This document shows, one piece after another, positions 26,428 through 35,590 of a DNA stretch of 64,000 nt. How positions within the stretch are numbered: the first letter of the stretch is position 1; the number at the start of each line of letters is the position of its first letter. The DNA comes from Lobosporangium transversale (Eukaryota). A program made the position numbers and the translations under genes. The notes beneath the pieces are model-generated. The model had not been told where the DNA came from, did not search any database, and saw only the letters and a program-made list of their open reading frames with translations. The stretch covers positions 1,178,001-1,242,000 of the forward strand of contig NW_019028982.1 in assembly GCF_002105155.1 (NCBI RefSeq). Direction: 5' to 3'.

Positions 26428-28441
26428 CTAAACGGGCTCAGCTGGAGCCAGGGGAGCATTAGGCACACACCAAAATCGGACACGATTATCATTACCACCA
26501 CTAACGATAGCGTTCTCAGCCGGAGAGGCTGAAATGGAGCGAATGACACCCTCTTGACCAAAATAGCGCTTCAACAAGGTGCCTGTGCGAGAGTCCCAGC
26601 AGACGATCGTGTTATTGGACTCATCCGAGCTAAAAACAAAATCCTCATTGTAGGAGAAGACAGTAGATTGTTTAACTGCCTTTTGAGCGGCGCCTTGGAA
26701 TCCATGGATAAGTTTACCGGAGCCTAAATCCCATAATTTGCTTACAGAATCCCAACCGCCTGATAAAATGTATTTGCCATTCTTGGAGATCGTGGCTGTG
26801 GTGACACCTTTACCTGAATGTGCATTTTCGATCGTCCGTACAACTTTTCCTGCAATAGCATCCCAAACTTTAATGGAACCGTCTTGGGATGCAGTGATGA
26901 ATACAGACCCCGTAGACGCATATTCGATATGATTGATACCTCCACGATGTGGACCCTGCTGTTGCTGTTGAGCCGCAATGTCGACAGAAGATGTTGAGGC
27001 TGAGGATGGTGTATGTTGTGGAGGGCCTGTGAAGGCTCGGGGAGTGAAGCATTGAAGGGTTTTGACATCAAAAATCCGGACAGTCTCGGCTTCCGAACCA
27101 ACCAATAGAAAATCGCCAGACGGGTGGAATGAGATTGAGTTGATGGGATGCGAGTCCTATGCGTTATTAGAAAGAAAAGAGGAGTGAGGATGCTATAAGA
27201 GGAAGGAAATATTTAAGCTTGGTCGCTTTTAACCTATGAAAGGTAGTATGTGAAGTAAGTTTGCCTTGGTTTCATGAAAATTCTTACCTGAAGGTATCGA
27301 AAGGATCGCTTCACAGAAGGTTTTGAAATATCATACAGCTTAACAACGGTGTCTGAGCTTGCTGCAAGCACCAAGCCATTAGGGTGAAAATCAACATCTG
27401 TCACAGGCTAATAAAAGGAAGAAAAAAAAAAAAAAAAAAAAAAAGGCGTCGTTATTTTTAAGATGATCATAAAGATCTACGAGGAAATGTAGAAAGTATT
27501 TGATTAGAAGCCTAGTAATCTTACAGTCTCATGATCATAAAGTGTGCGGATGACCGGATGTACATCATCACTAGCTTGTTTCATTTTATTCACATCCACA
27601 ATTTTGAGTGAGGAATCTGCAGAACCTGAGGCTGCGTATCGTCCGTCTCGGGTGAACGCTGTACAAGTCACTGCCTCCTTGTGTGTTGTTGTATGAACCA
27701 TATTGAGCGTGGGCGGATAAAGTGGCGATGATTTCGGATCGGTATCCAAGTTTAACCGTGTAAGGTTTGATCCTACTTCAAGGTCGTCATCTTCATCCAT
27801 AAATTGAGATGCCTCCACTTTGAAGTAGTCTGTGGGCTCAATTTCGACAGATTCCTCTAGATCAATTAAAGTCCCCAAAAAAAAATATATATATATATAT
27901 AAATATAAACATGCACTTTATTGCCACTGATAATTCAAAGATACTGGATCAATCTCTAACGAAAGATCTTACCGCGGGCAATGTACAGCATTTCACTGAG
28001 CTGAGAACTAGGCTTGATAGATGCTGATGTATGTGTTTGTTCAGCTACCATGAGTGCCAACTAAATAGAACAAAGGCCGTTCACCCATATGCGTTAGGAT
28101 AAGGTGATTATTTTCGGTCAATCCAAACATGCCTTTGAATACTCTATTATCCGTTTCTTAGAGTGTAATTCCTTTCCCCGTACCTGTGCATAGCCATATT
28201 CAGCAAGTTGGCTATAAGTCAAAAATATGAACATAACAGTCGTATAGAATGCATTGATTAATACACAATTGAAACACCAGGATCAAAGTTTGAATCCAGT
28301 GTTTATTTACACATACGTCTTTTTCTTCCACCAGGCCATGAGCATGGGCAACCAAGACACAACATGAACATGTTACAAATGTTACCTCACGATCAGAGGA
28401 ATGACCTCCTCTTGCCGCATCTGATTAGGTTCTGAAGGCAT
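26428..28441 (-). CDS. CSTF1: Cleavage stimulation factor 50 kDa subunit (N-terminal dimerisation domain plus WD40 repeats), ~450 aa
   Basis: Exons 28441..28386, 28211..28184, 28060..27973, 27856..27525, 27407..27288, 27156..26428 (1353 nt). N-terminal LIVSQLAEYGY; HKEAVTCTAFTRDGRYAASGSADSSLKI...HPVIRTLYDH matches the CstF-50 pattern; further WD repeats TASQDGSIKVWD and SGGWDSVSKLWD. Confidence 0.9.
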
Positions 28442-28593
28442 AATACTTGTTTCAAGTTAGAAGTTATCCTGGCTTTATTTTTCTTCCTACTACGCTCCTG
28501 CTCCTGTTTCTGTCCTGGAAATTTCGTAAAAGAGTTGTCCCATGGTGGAACGGGAGATGCCTTGAATCAGTGTGGCTTTGGAAAGATAAGTAA

Positions 28594-28956
28594 TGTTGGT
28601 TTTAGTTTTAGTCACGTGTAGAGGGTTCGCCACCAACTATTTAACGAGCAACAGCTCAGGAAAATCTGGCTCCTTGTTCCTTATTTTTACACAAGAGCCA
28701 TTTGAGTACTGACTGTTCTCGTCCAGGTAAAGAGCCCTCACAACGTTCGTCGTTAGTAGCCATAGATCATTAAAGGTTCCTTATTTTTACACAAGAGCCA
28801 TTTGAGTACTGACTGTTCTCGTCCAGTCTTCGAGTAGTGTGTGTGTGTTCTTTTATTGTGTTAGAATTATTTATCTATCAGCTGGAAGTGACCGGCTTCA
28901 TAATCCACCAAAACGACCTAAATCTCCTACCACATCTGCCCCTAAATTTTGCAACA
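28594..28956 (+). repeat. 5' LTR
   Basis: TGTTGG...GCAACA; identical by eye to 35176..35538. Contains TATTTAA at 28638, a 51-bp direct repeat (28676..28726 and 28776..28826), ATTAAA at 28769 and a GT-rich tract at ~28837..28854. Confidence 0.97.
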
Positions 28957-28963
28957 ATATTTC

Positions 28964-28981
28964 TGGTGATCTACGCAGGGG
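28964..28981 (+). other. tRNA primer-binding site
   Basis: TGGTGATCTACGCAGGGG, 7 nt after the 5' LTR. Its complement reads as a tRNA 3' end (T-stem CCTGC, acceptor strand GTAGATC, discriminator A, CCA). The tRNA isotype is not determined. Confidence 0.75.
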
Positions 28982-28993
28982 GTGGCAGCTACA

Positions 28994-31900
28994 ATGTCTT
29001 CCAATTTATCGATTCTTCTTACCATGATCCCGAAGTGGCCGTCGGCAGAGGCTGAGGGTCTAACCGCCGCGACATGGATCAGCGATTTTGGAGGTGTTAT
29101 CGAAGGAGAAACCCTGAGCAACAAGTTGATGTTCGTCGAGAGGCAGGCGACAGGCAAGATCCAACGCTGGATCAGGCGCTGGAGGATGACAAACAAGACG
29201 AATGGTGCCTGGAGCCAGTTCGTCAGCGATTTCATCATGGAGGCCTCTACCCCTAGAAGCCAGGATGTCACCCTGGACGAGTTGCATTCTATTAAGCAAG
29301 GAGAAGATGAGACGACAGCCAACTATGTACAACGAATGAAACTTACCATGGAACTCCTCGACCCAGAGTCTGGTTGCGACGCACAGCCGTACAAGATCCC
29401 AACAGCCACCGAGCGTCTACTGGCGTACAGATTTTGCAAGGGTTTGAGGCAAGACCATCCTTTCAAGGTCAAGAACAAAGAAGCGCCTGCGACCTTGAAG
29501 GAAACCTTCGAATCAGTGACACAATTGGTTGAAGGAAATCGTTGGGGCATTGACACCACTGAGAGCCGTGTCATAGCTCGCAGCAACGCTGAGCATGCTG
29601 CACCAATCGAGACGAATGTTCTGCTTGGATCGACCCTAGTGCCGAGGACGCACTACTCTGGCTTCCTAGCGGACTTCAAAGACGACAAAGAGAAAGTTAA
29701 TCAATTAAGCGTAGACGAATTAACAGACATGTTCGGAGCCTGGACCCTTGCTGCCGAGGAGCGAACTCCGGAGGCGCGAATCGCTCAGACTATCTCAAGA
29801 ATGAGCCCGGCTGTAGCGAGGCGAGTGTTTGGTTCCTCTGAATTGGCCAAGCATATTAGAGTGGAGGCTAGACCTAATGCCGTGCTCCAACCCGCCGAAG
29901 TTCGAAGTCAGCAGGCTATCCCTATGGCCCGTAGAACCTGCCATAAATGTAATCAAGAGGGGCACCTCTTGTCGTTCTGCCCATTGGTGGAATGCTTCCG
30001 ATGTGGCGAGCGAGGCCATACTTCGAAGGTTTGCACTAAGGAACAAGGAAGCCCCGCCACAGGCGCCAATAGCGTCCCATTGGCCACTCAAACTAACTCC
30101 TCGCTAAGAGTGCAAAGTTTAGAAATCTCCGCCACTAATGTCGCCCAATCATTTATCACGACTAAGCCACAGCGATTAAATTCGACAGGTGCCCAGCGAC
30201 GTCGCAGTGAGAGGACAGGCACTCCTGCAGGTCCATCGTCTCAACGAAGAGAGGAAACGAGAGGCACTACTCCACCTGTCCGAGGAATGCAGTGGGAGGC
30301 TGAGGCATCCACTAGTAGTGCGCAACCTTCTGGGGACCCCCACTTCCAGACAGTGACTTTTGATGACAGAGCGGTCGACGGGCGAGAGAATAATGTTGCA
30401 GAAGCTCCAAATGCGACGCCAAAGCGTACCAGGAAGCGCGTCATTCCTGATCCAGTGTTCGTTGATGCGGTCGAAGGATTGAATTTTGATTTGGCCACTC
30501 ACTCCAAGTACCGTGGAAAGATGGCAGTGCAACTCAAGGCAGCTGTTACCGAGGCCTGGGCCCGCCATGCCCCTCCAAGAAGAAGCAAGCCTAAGAGGAG
30601 TCAGTCAGCAATAGCTATGGCCAGGAACGTTCAAGGTGGCAAGGGTGATGTCACGACCGTCACCGCCTTGGGACGAGACTTCAACAACGCCGTTATTGAT
30701 CCAGGCAATGACCATACTATGATGGGCCTACATGTGGCAAACGCACTCGGACTGAAGTTAGAGCCTGCTACTCGTGCGGTGCTATTAGCCCATGGGTCCT
30801 TCCAGAAGCTTGCGGGCCGCACAAGACCTATCGATATTTATGTGTCCGGGATCCCCTTGAGAATGTCGATGGGAGTGATCGACTGTAAGGGCACATATGA
30901 CTTCCTCCTTGGCGATGACTGGCTCAAGGCGCTGAAAGCCAAGGCTGATTGGAGCAACGGTATCGTGTACTACGTGGAGAGTGAGGGAAGGACTATCACC
31001 CTTGGTGGCGGTCTAAATGTTCGCGCCTCAACCCCTCAGCCTACGACATCAACGTACTTGTCTGATGAGAGCGATGAGTATGATGATGAGTACGACGACT
31101 ATGAGGATGACGAATCAATCTACGAGACGGAAGAATCCGATGCTGATGCAGGGTACAGAGCCTTGAGAGTGAAGACAATAGAGGTTGGTGACCCGGATCT
31201 GCAGGCGATGACCGCAAGAGTGTTCTCTAGCAAGATACAGTGCGAGAATGACGATGCTCGCGTAAAAAGGCAGCCGTTCGCGGTTGACGGAGTCAACGTG
31301 GACATCAACCCAAATTTGTCCAATGAGCAATACGGACAGATTGTGGAGTTACTTGAAAAGAATAAGGACAGGCTGACTACCAACCTTGAGGACCTCGAAG
31401 TGACGTCTATTTTAGAACATGAGATCAACATTCAACCAGGCGCCAAGCCAGTGTACGTAGGATGGTGCAAACGGTACTCGCCGAAGGAGCTTGACTTCCT
31501 TAAGAAGAGTGTTGATGATGAGCTTAAGGCAGGAAAAATCATAGAGATGGAGAGCGAGTGGTGCGCGCCGCTGAGTCTTGCTCCTAAGAAAGACGGATCC
31601 TTGCGCAAGTGCGTCGCATACATAGGCCTAAATAAGGTTACCGAAAGGGAGAGCTGGCCACTGCCAAACATCGAGGAAATACTTGACAACTTAGGCGGAT
31701 TCGAGTACTACAGTAGCCTGGACGGATTTCAAGGTTATTACGTGATTGGCATCAAAAAAGAGCATGTCAAGTATCTTGGCTTCCGTACGCCTTTTGGGAC
31801 GTTTGCATACAAGGTAATGCCATTTGGGCTCAAGAACGCGCCACATACCTTCAGTCGCTTCGTTAGAAAAGTGTACTCAGACCTTATCGGAAGAGTGCTT

Positions 31901-34537
31901 GAGGCGTACATGGACGATGTGTGCGTGCGCACGATGACCTGGGGAGAGCATTTGAGAGCCCTCGATCATACGTTTGCGGCAGCTCGCGCAGGAGGAGTCA
32001 AGTACAAGACTAGTAAGCTCCATTTCGGGTATGACAAGGTGAAGTTTACTGGCCACGTGGTCGGCAAAGATGGAATTGAGGTCATGCCAGACAAAGTTGA
32101 CAAGGTCAAGAATTTCACCCCATTACGTAGCAAGGAAGATGTACGTGCATTCTTGGGCTTGACGGGCTACTATCGAAGGTTCGTCGAAAGCTACGCTCAG
32201 ATTGCAGAGCCGCTGACGAGGCTCCTCAAGAAAGGTGCAAGCTTCACCATGGGTCCTGAACAGGTGGCCGCAGTAAAGGGTCTCAAAGCCAAGTTAATTC
32301 AAGCTCCGGTACTTAAGGCTCCAGATTTCGAGAAGGATTGGGTGGTCTCGTGTGACGCCTGCAAATACGCTATGGGCGCAGTGCTAGAACAAGAAGATGA
32401 GGAGGGTAAGTTGAGACCGGTCTACTTTTACTCGAAGACCTTTCAAGGAGCCGAACGCAACTACTCTACCTTTGAGCAAGAGTGCCTCGCCGTTGTCATA
32501 GCCGTCAAGAAGTTTCGGCCTTACATCCTGGGTAGGTCCGTTGTCGTTTACACAGACCATGCGCCACTCAAATGGTTGTTTTCCAAGACTGATCTGACTG
32601 GTCGACCTGCGCGGTGGCAGATGATTCTGTCGGAATTCGAGCTGGTCATTAAGACCAAACCAGGTACGAAGAACGGCAATGCAGACGGGATGAGTCGCAT
32701 TATGTCGGAAGGAATAGCCACGGATGACATCGATGACGAGGTGCCAGAGTGTCTGAGCCGAAGGGCAGAATCCACAGGAGAAAAGTGGCTGGCGAGCCAA
32801 TGGTACGCGAACTTCTACATGTACCTAGCCGAGATGAGACTGGAGTTAGAAGACAAAGTTGAAATGAGGAGGATCAAGAGACAGGCATACAGGTTTCGAC
32901 TGACGAAGGAAGGTGACCTACTGTATAGAGATGCCGACAACAGAGAGAAGAGGTGCGTAGTTGAGGATGAAGTCGAAGGTGTGCTGAAGGAGGCACACGA
33001 CAAGGGCGGTCACTATGGAGCAGAGTCTACCCTAGCAACAGTTCGTGACGTGTGTTGGTGGCCAACGATGAGACGGGATGTATTCCACTGGGTCAAGTCT
33101 TGCGGCCGTTGCCAGCAATTTGGAAGTCGAGTGAAACATAACAGGTTGCATCCTACGGTCTCCGAGTTCCCATTTGAAGTTCTCTTCGTTGACTTGATTG
33201 AGAACTTAGTCGAAACGCCTAGGGGGATGACCACCATAGTCGTCTTCACAGATTCCTTCACCAAGTGGACTGAAGCACATGCAGTGGCCAACAAAGGCGC
33301 GCAAGGCGTCCTAGCTGTTCTATTTATGAAGATTATCTGTCGGTTCGGGCTCCCTGTTATGATTAGATCGGATGGAGGCCCCGCATTTCGTAACGAATTC
33401 AAGACTTTCTGTGACCTCTGGGGGATCAAGCACGTCACTGGTTCGACAAGGCATCCGCAAAGTCAGGGACAGGTCGAGGCGACAAATAAGCTTATCGAGG
33501 AGCGACTGAGGAGAGTACTGCCAGCTGGATCTAAGGATTGGGATGCATTCCTACCGAAAGCAGTATTCGACGTGAATTGTCGAGTCGTTAGGAGCACAGG
33601 AGTGTCGCCAATGGAAGCACTTATGGGCTACACAGGACAGTCAGCGTTACGGCGACTGTTCGCGGACGACAAGTTCCTCGTTTCAGCAGAGGCACCGGAA
33701 GAGAACGATGTAGTCCTAGAAGAAAGCATGGCGAGATTTATCGTAAGAAGAGAGGGAATCCGTGAGTATGCATACTCATGCAAGCTTAATGCCAATGACA
33801 GGATGAAACGTTACTATGATCGACGTGTTCGCCCACAATCGTTCGAAGTAGGATCAAGGGTTTACATGTTCAATTTGGATTTCGTCACAGGCTTTGGACG
33901 CAAGCTGGAGCCGCGTTGGTTAGGTCCATTTGAAGTAGTCTGGGCGAATGAAAAGGGATCATATGGGATCAAGACGGGTCGAACGCATTATGGCACAAAG
34001 GATGGGGTAGAAACAATTAATGGAGACTTCCTCAAGCTCGCAACTCAAAGGCAACGATTATGGGAAGATGATTTTATTGAGAACCTACAGAGAGCTACTG
34101 AGAAGAATCCCCACTACGCCGACACCGAACAACCTCTCGCGCCAGATCAATTACACCAGCCAAGTCTGGGTCGGGGGCGGGAGGACACAGCAAACGAAGG
34201 CACTCCAATCCAATCTCCACATCCCTTGTCGCCAAGGACAGGTCAAGCTCAATCTCGTGACGCTCCTCAGGCGCAAGTTGCACCTTCCGTGAACGAAGCC
34301 TCTCGCGAAGACGCGACTGGTCAGCCAAGCCTCTGGAGAATGCCACCTCGCCGTGAAGAAGATACTTCGCCCGTACGCGTTTCTCAATTGGCTCGTCTAT
34401 GTCTTGAAAGGCCTCAGCTGACCGCTTATTTAGCTCTCGAGCGGGGGGGGGAACTGTCTGGGACTGAGGAGATTCTGGAGAAGACTTCTCCGCTGCAAAT
34501 GGCGAAACAGAGGAAGGGCCAACCTCGTGGTCAGTAA
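28994..34537 (+). CDS. Single-frame Gag-Pol polyprotein, 1847 aa
   Basis: Two CCHC knuckles (CHKCNQEGHLLSFC, CFRCGERGHTSKVC); protease AVIDPGN; RT KVMPFGLKNAP and YMDD; RNase H CDAC...YSTFEQECLAV...YTDH; integrase HDKGGH...CGRC, VDLI/SDGG/QVEATN and the GPF motif KLEPRWLGPF. No chromodomain seen. Confidence 0.95.
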   Translation: MSSNLSILLTMIPKWPSAEAEGLTAATWISDFGGVIEGETLSNKLMFVERQATGKIQRWIRRWRMTNKTNGAWSQFVSDFIMEASTPRSQDVTLDELHSIKQGEDETTANYVQRMKLTMELLDPESGCDAQPYKIPTATERLLAYRFCKGLRQDHPFKVKNKEAPATLKETFESVTQLVEGNRWGIDTTESRVIARSNAEHAAPIETNVLLGSTLVPRTHYSGFLADFKDDKEKVNQLSVDELTDMFGAWTLAAEERTPEARIAQTISRMSPAVARRVFGSSELAKHIRVEARPNAVLQPAEVRSQQAIPMARRTCHKCNQEGHLLSFCPLVECFRCGERGHTSKVCTKEQGSPATGANSVPLATQTNSSLRVQSLEISATNVAQSFITTKPQRLNSTGAQRRRSERTGTPAGPSSQRREETRGTTPPVRGMQWEAEASTSSAQPSGDPHFQTVTFDDRAVDGRENNVAEAPNATPKRTRKRVIPDPVFVDAVEGLNFDLATHSKYRGKMAVQLKAAVTEAWARHAPPRRSKPKRSQSAIAMARNVQGGKGDVTTVTALGRDFNNAVIDPGNDHTMMGLHVANALGLKLEPATRAVLLAHGSFQKLAGRTRPIDIYVSGIPLRMSMGVIDCKGTYDFLLGDDWLKALKAKADWSNGIVYYVESEGRTITLGGGLNVRASTPQPTTSTYLSDESDEYDDEYDDYEDDESIYETEESDADAGYRALRVKTIEVGDPDLQAMTARVFSSKIQCENDDARVKRQPFAVDGVNVDINPNLSNEQYGQIVELLEKNKDRLTTNLEDLEVTSILEHEINIQPGAKPVYVGWCKRYSPKELDFLKKSVDDELKAGKIIEMESEWCAPLSLAPKKDGSLRKCVAYIGLNKVTERESWPLPNIEEILDNLGGFEYYSSLDGFQGYYVIGIKKEHVKYLGFRTPFGTFAYKVMPFGLKNAPHTFSRFVRKVYSDLIGRVLEAYMDDVCVRTMTWGEHLRALDHTFAAARAGGVKYKTSKLHFGYDKVKFTGHVVGKDGIEVMPDKVDKVKNFTPLRSKEDVRAFLGLTGYYRRFVESYAQIAEPLTRLLKKGASFTMGPEQVAAVKGLKAKLIQAPVLKAPDFEKDWVVSCDACKYAMGAVLEQEDEEGKLRPVYFYSKTFQGAERNYSTFEQECLAVVIAVKKFRPYILGRSVVVYTDHAPLKWLFSKTDLTGRPARWQMILSEFELVIKTKPGTKNGNADGMSRIMSEGIATDDIDDEVPECLSRRAESTGEKWLASQWYANFYMYLAEMRLELEDKVEMRRIKRQAYRFRLTKEGDLLYRDADNREKRCVVEDEVEGVLKEAHDKGGHYGAESTLATVRDVCWWPTMRRDVFHWVKSCGRCQQFGSRVKHNRLHPTVSEFPFEVLFVDLIENLVETPRGMTTIVVFTDSFTKWTEAHAVANKGAQGVLAVLFMKIICRFGLPVMIRSDGGPAFRNEFKTFCDLWGIKHVTGSTRHPQSQGQVEATNKLIEERLRRVLPAGSKDWDAFLPKAVFDVNCRVVRSTGVSPMEALMGYTGQSALRRLFADDKFLVSAEAPEENDVVLEESMARFIVRREGIREYAYSCKLNANDRMKRYYDRRVRPQSFEVGSRVYMFNLDFVTGFGRKLEPRWLGPFEVVWANEKGSYGIKTGRTHYGTKDGVETINGDFLKLATQRQRLWEDDFIENLQRATEKNPHYADTEQPLAPDQLHQPSLGRGREDTANEGTPIQSPHPLSPRTGQAQSRDAPQAQVAPSVNEASREDATGQPSLWRMPPRREEDTSPVRVSQLARLCLERPQLTAYLALERGGELSGTEEILEKTSPLQMAKQRKGQPRGQ

Positions 34538-34811
34538 GGGCAACCACCTCAGGAGAAGCAGAAGAAGGGGGAGTGACAACGACGGCAGGAGCAGGAACAA
34601 CGGCAGGAGTAGAAGAAGAAGCAGAAGCAGGAGGAGTGGTAGGGGTCGAAGGAGTGATAGGAGAGTGAGAAGTGACAGCAGGACGCGACTCTGGAGACGT
34701 GCCCAAAGACAGACTTAAGCTCTTGTCTGAAGAGGGAAGCATTGTCTTGGTGGAAGTGGTTGGTCTTGGGCAAGGAGGAACCTCGTCTTTCTTAATAACA
34801 GTGCGGGCCAT
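34095..34811 (-). CDS. Putative antisense accessory ORF of the retrotransposon, 238 aa
   Basis: ATG GCC CGC at 34811, TAG at 34095. S/P/T-rich N-terminal half, KRSAEAFQDIDEPIEKRVR (bipartite NLS-like), and a helical C-terminus. Overlaps 443 nt of the pol 3' end. Confidence 0.6.
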   Translation of the reverse strand: MARTVIKKDEVPPCPRPTTSTKTMLPSSDKSLSLSLGTSPESRPAVTSHSPITPSTPTTPPASASSSTPAVVPAPAVVVTPPSSASPEVVALTDHEVGPSSVSPFAAEKSSPESPQSQTVPPPARELNKRSAEAFQDIDEPIEKRVRAKYLLHGEVAFSRGLADQSRLRERLRSRKVQLAPEERHEIELDLSLATRDVEIGLECLRLLCPPAPDPDLAGVIDLAREVVRCRRSGDSSQ

Positions 34812-34874
34812 GATGACGATGAAGTAGTTCAAGCAGGGCAAGGAGGAAGGAGTTGCGAATGAAAAAAAAAAAAG

Positions 34875-34911
<37 letters not shown>

Positions 34912-35167
34912 AATGGAGGAATGAACCAACATTTATGTCCATGGCAACATCATCATGTGGAAGTAATGGCGTGATCACGGATCAAAATGATTGGCCGAAG
35001 AAAGAAAATTTTCCTTGGTCGATGCCAAGGCGAACCAAAGGGTGACAAGAACAATGATGCAATGACCAAAATGCGGGGTAGCAAGAGTCAAGGTGGTAGA
35101 AGCGCAAACAGCACAATGAGTTTCTTTCTTTTTGAGCTGCGGCTTGGCGGAGCCGAACTTCGCAGCT

Positions 35168-35175
35168 GGTGGGGG
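35168..35175 (+). other. Short polypurine tract (GGTGGGGG)
   Basis: Immediately precedes the 3' LTR TG; preceded by the inverted repeat AGCTGCG (35135..35141) / CGCAGCT (35161..35167). Confidence 0.6.
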
Positions 35176-35538
35176 TGTTGGTTTTAGTTTTAGTCACGTG
35201 TAGAGGGTTCGCCACCAACTATTTAACGAGCAACAGCTCAGGAAAATCTGGCTCCTTGTTCCTTATTTTTACACAAGAGCCATTTGAGTACTGACTGTTC
35301 TCGTCCAGGTAAAGAGCCCTCACAACGTTCGTCGTTAGTAGCCATAGATCATTAAAGGTTCCTTATTTTTACACAAGAGCCATTTGAGTACTGACTGTTC
35401 TCGTCCAGTCTTCGAGTAGTGTGTGTGTGTTCTTTTATTGTGTTAGAATTATTTATCTATCAGCTGGAAGTGACCGGCTTCATAATCCACCAAAACGACC
35501 TAAATCTCCTACCACATCTGCCCCTAAATTTTGCAACA
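35176..35538 (+). repeat. 3' LTR
   Basis: 363 bp; identical by eye to the 5' LTR. Confidence 0.97.
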
Positions 35539-35590
35539 GTAAGTATGCATTGCCCCTTAATCTTTGGGCTAAGCTTTTATGTAGAGCTTT

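Larger units (their letters stand above)
28594..35538 (+). mobile_element. Full-length Ty3/gypsy LTR retrotransposon (6945 bp) with 4-bp target-site duplication GTAA
   Basis: 363-bp LTRs (TGT...ACA) at 28594..28956 and 35176..35538; GTAA at 28590..28593 and 35539..35542; PBS, PPT and an intact gag-pol in PR-RT-RH-IN order. Confidence 0.97.

Noticed and set aside
28752..28758. Perfect TACTAAC branch point on the minus strand of the LTR
   Set aside because: No good YAG acceptor follows at a normal distance; likely chance.
28676..28826. LTR direct repeat as a CRISPR-like repeat-spacer unit or a hammerhead ribozyme (retrozyme)
   Set aside because: Only two copies per LTR, eukaryotic context and no cas genes. 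I found no CUGANGA...GAAA hammerhead core with flanking stems on either strand.
28837..29055. Short ORFs starting in the LTR (also 35421..35618)
   Set aside because: They start at GTG within a GT tract, have no coding signature, and are duplicated only because of the LTR.
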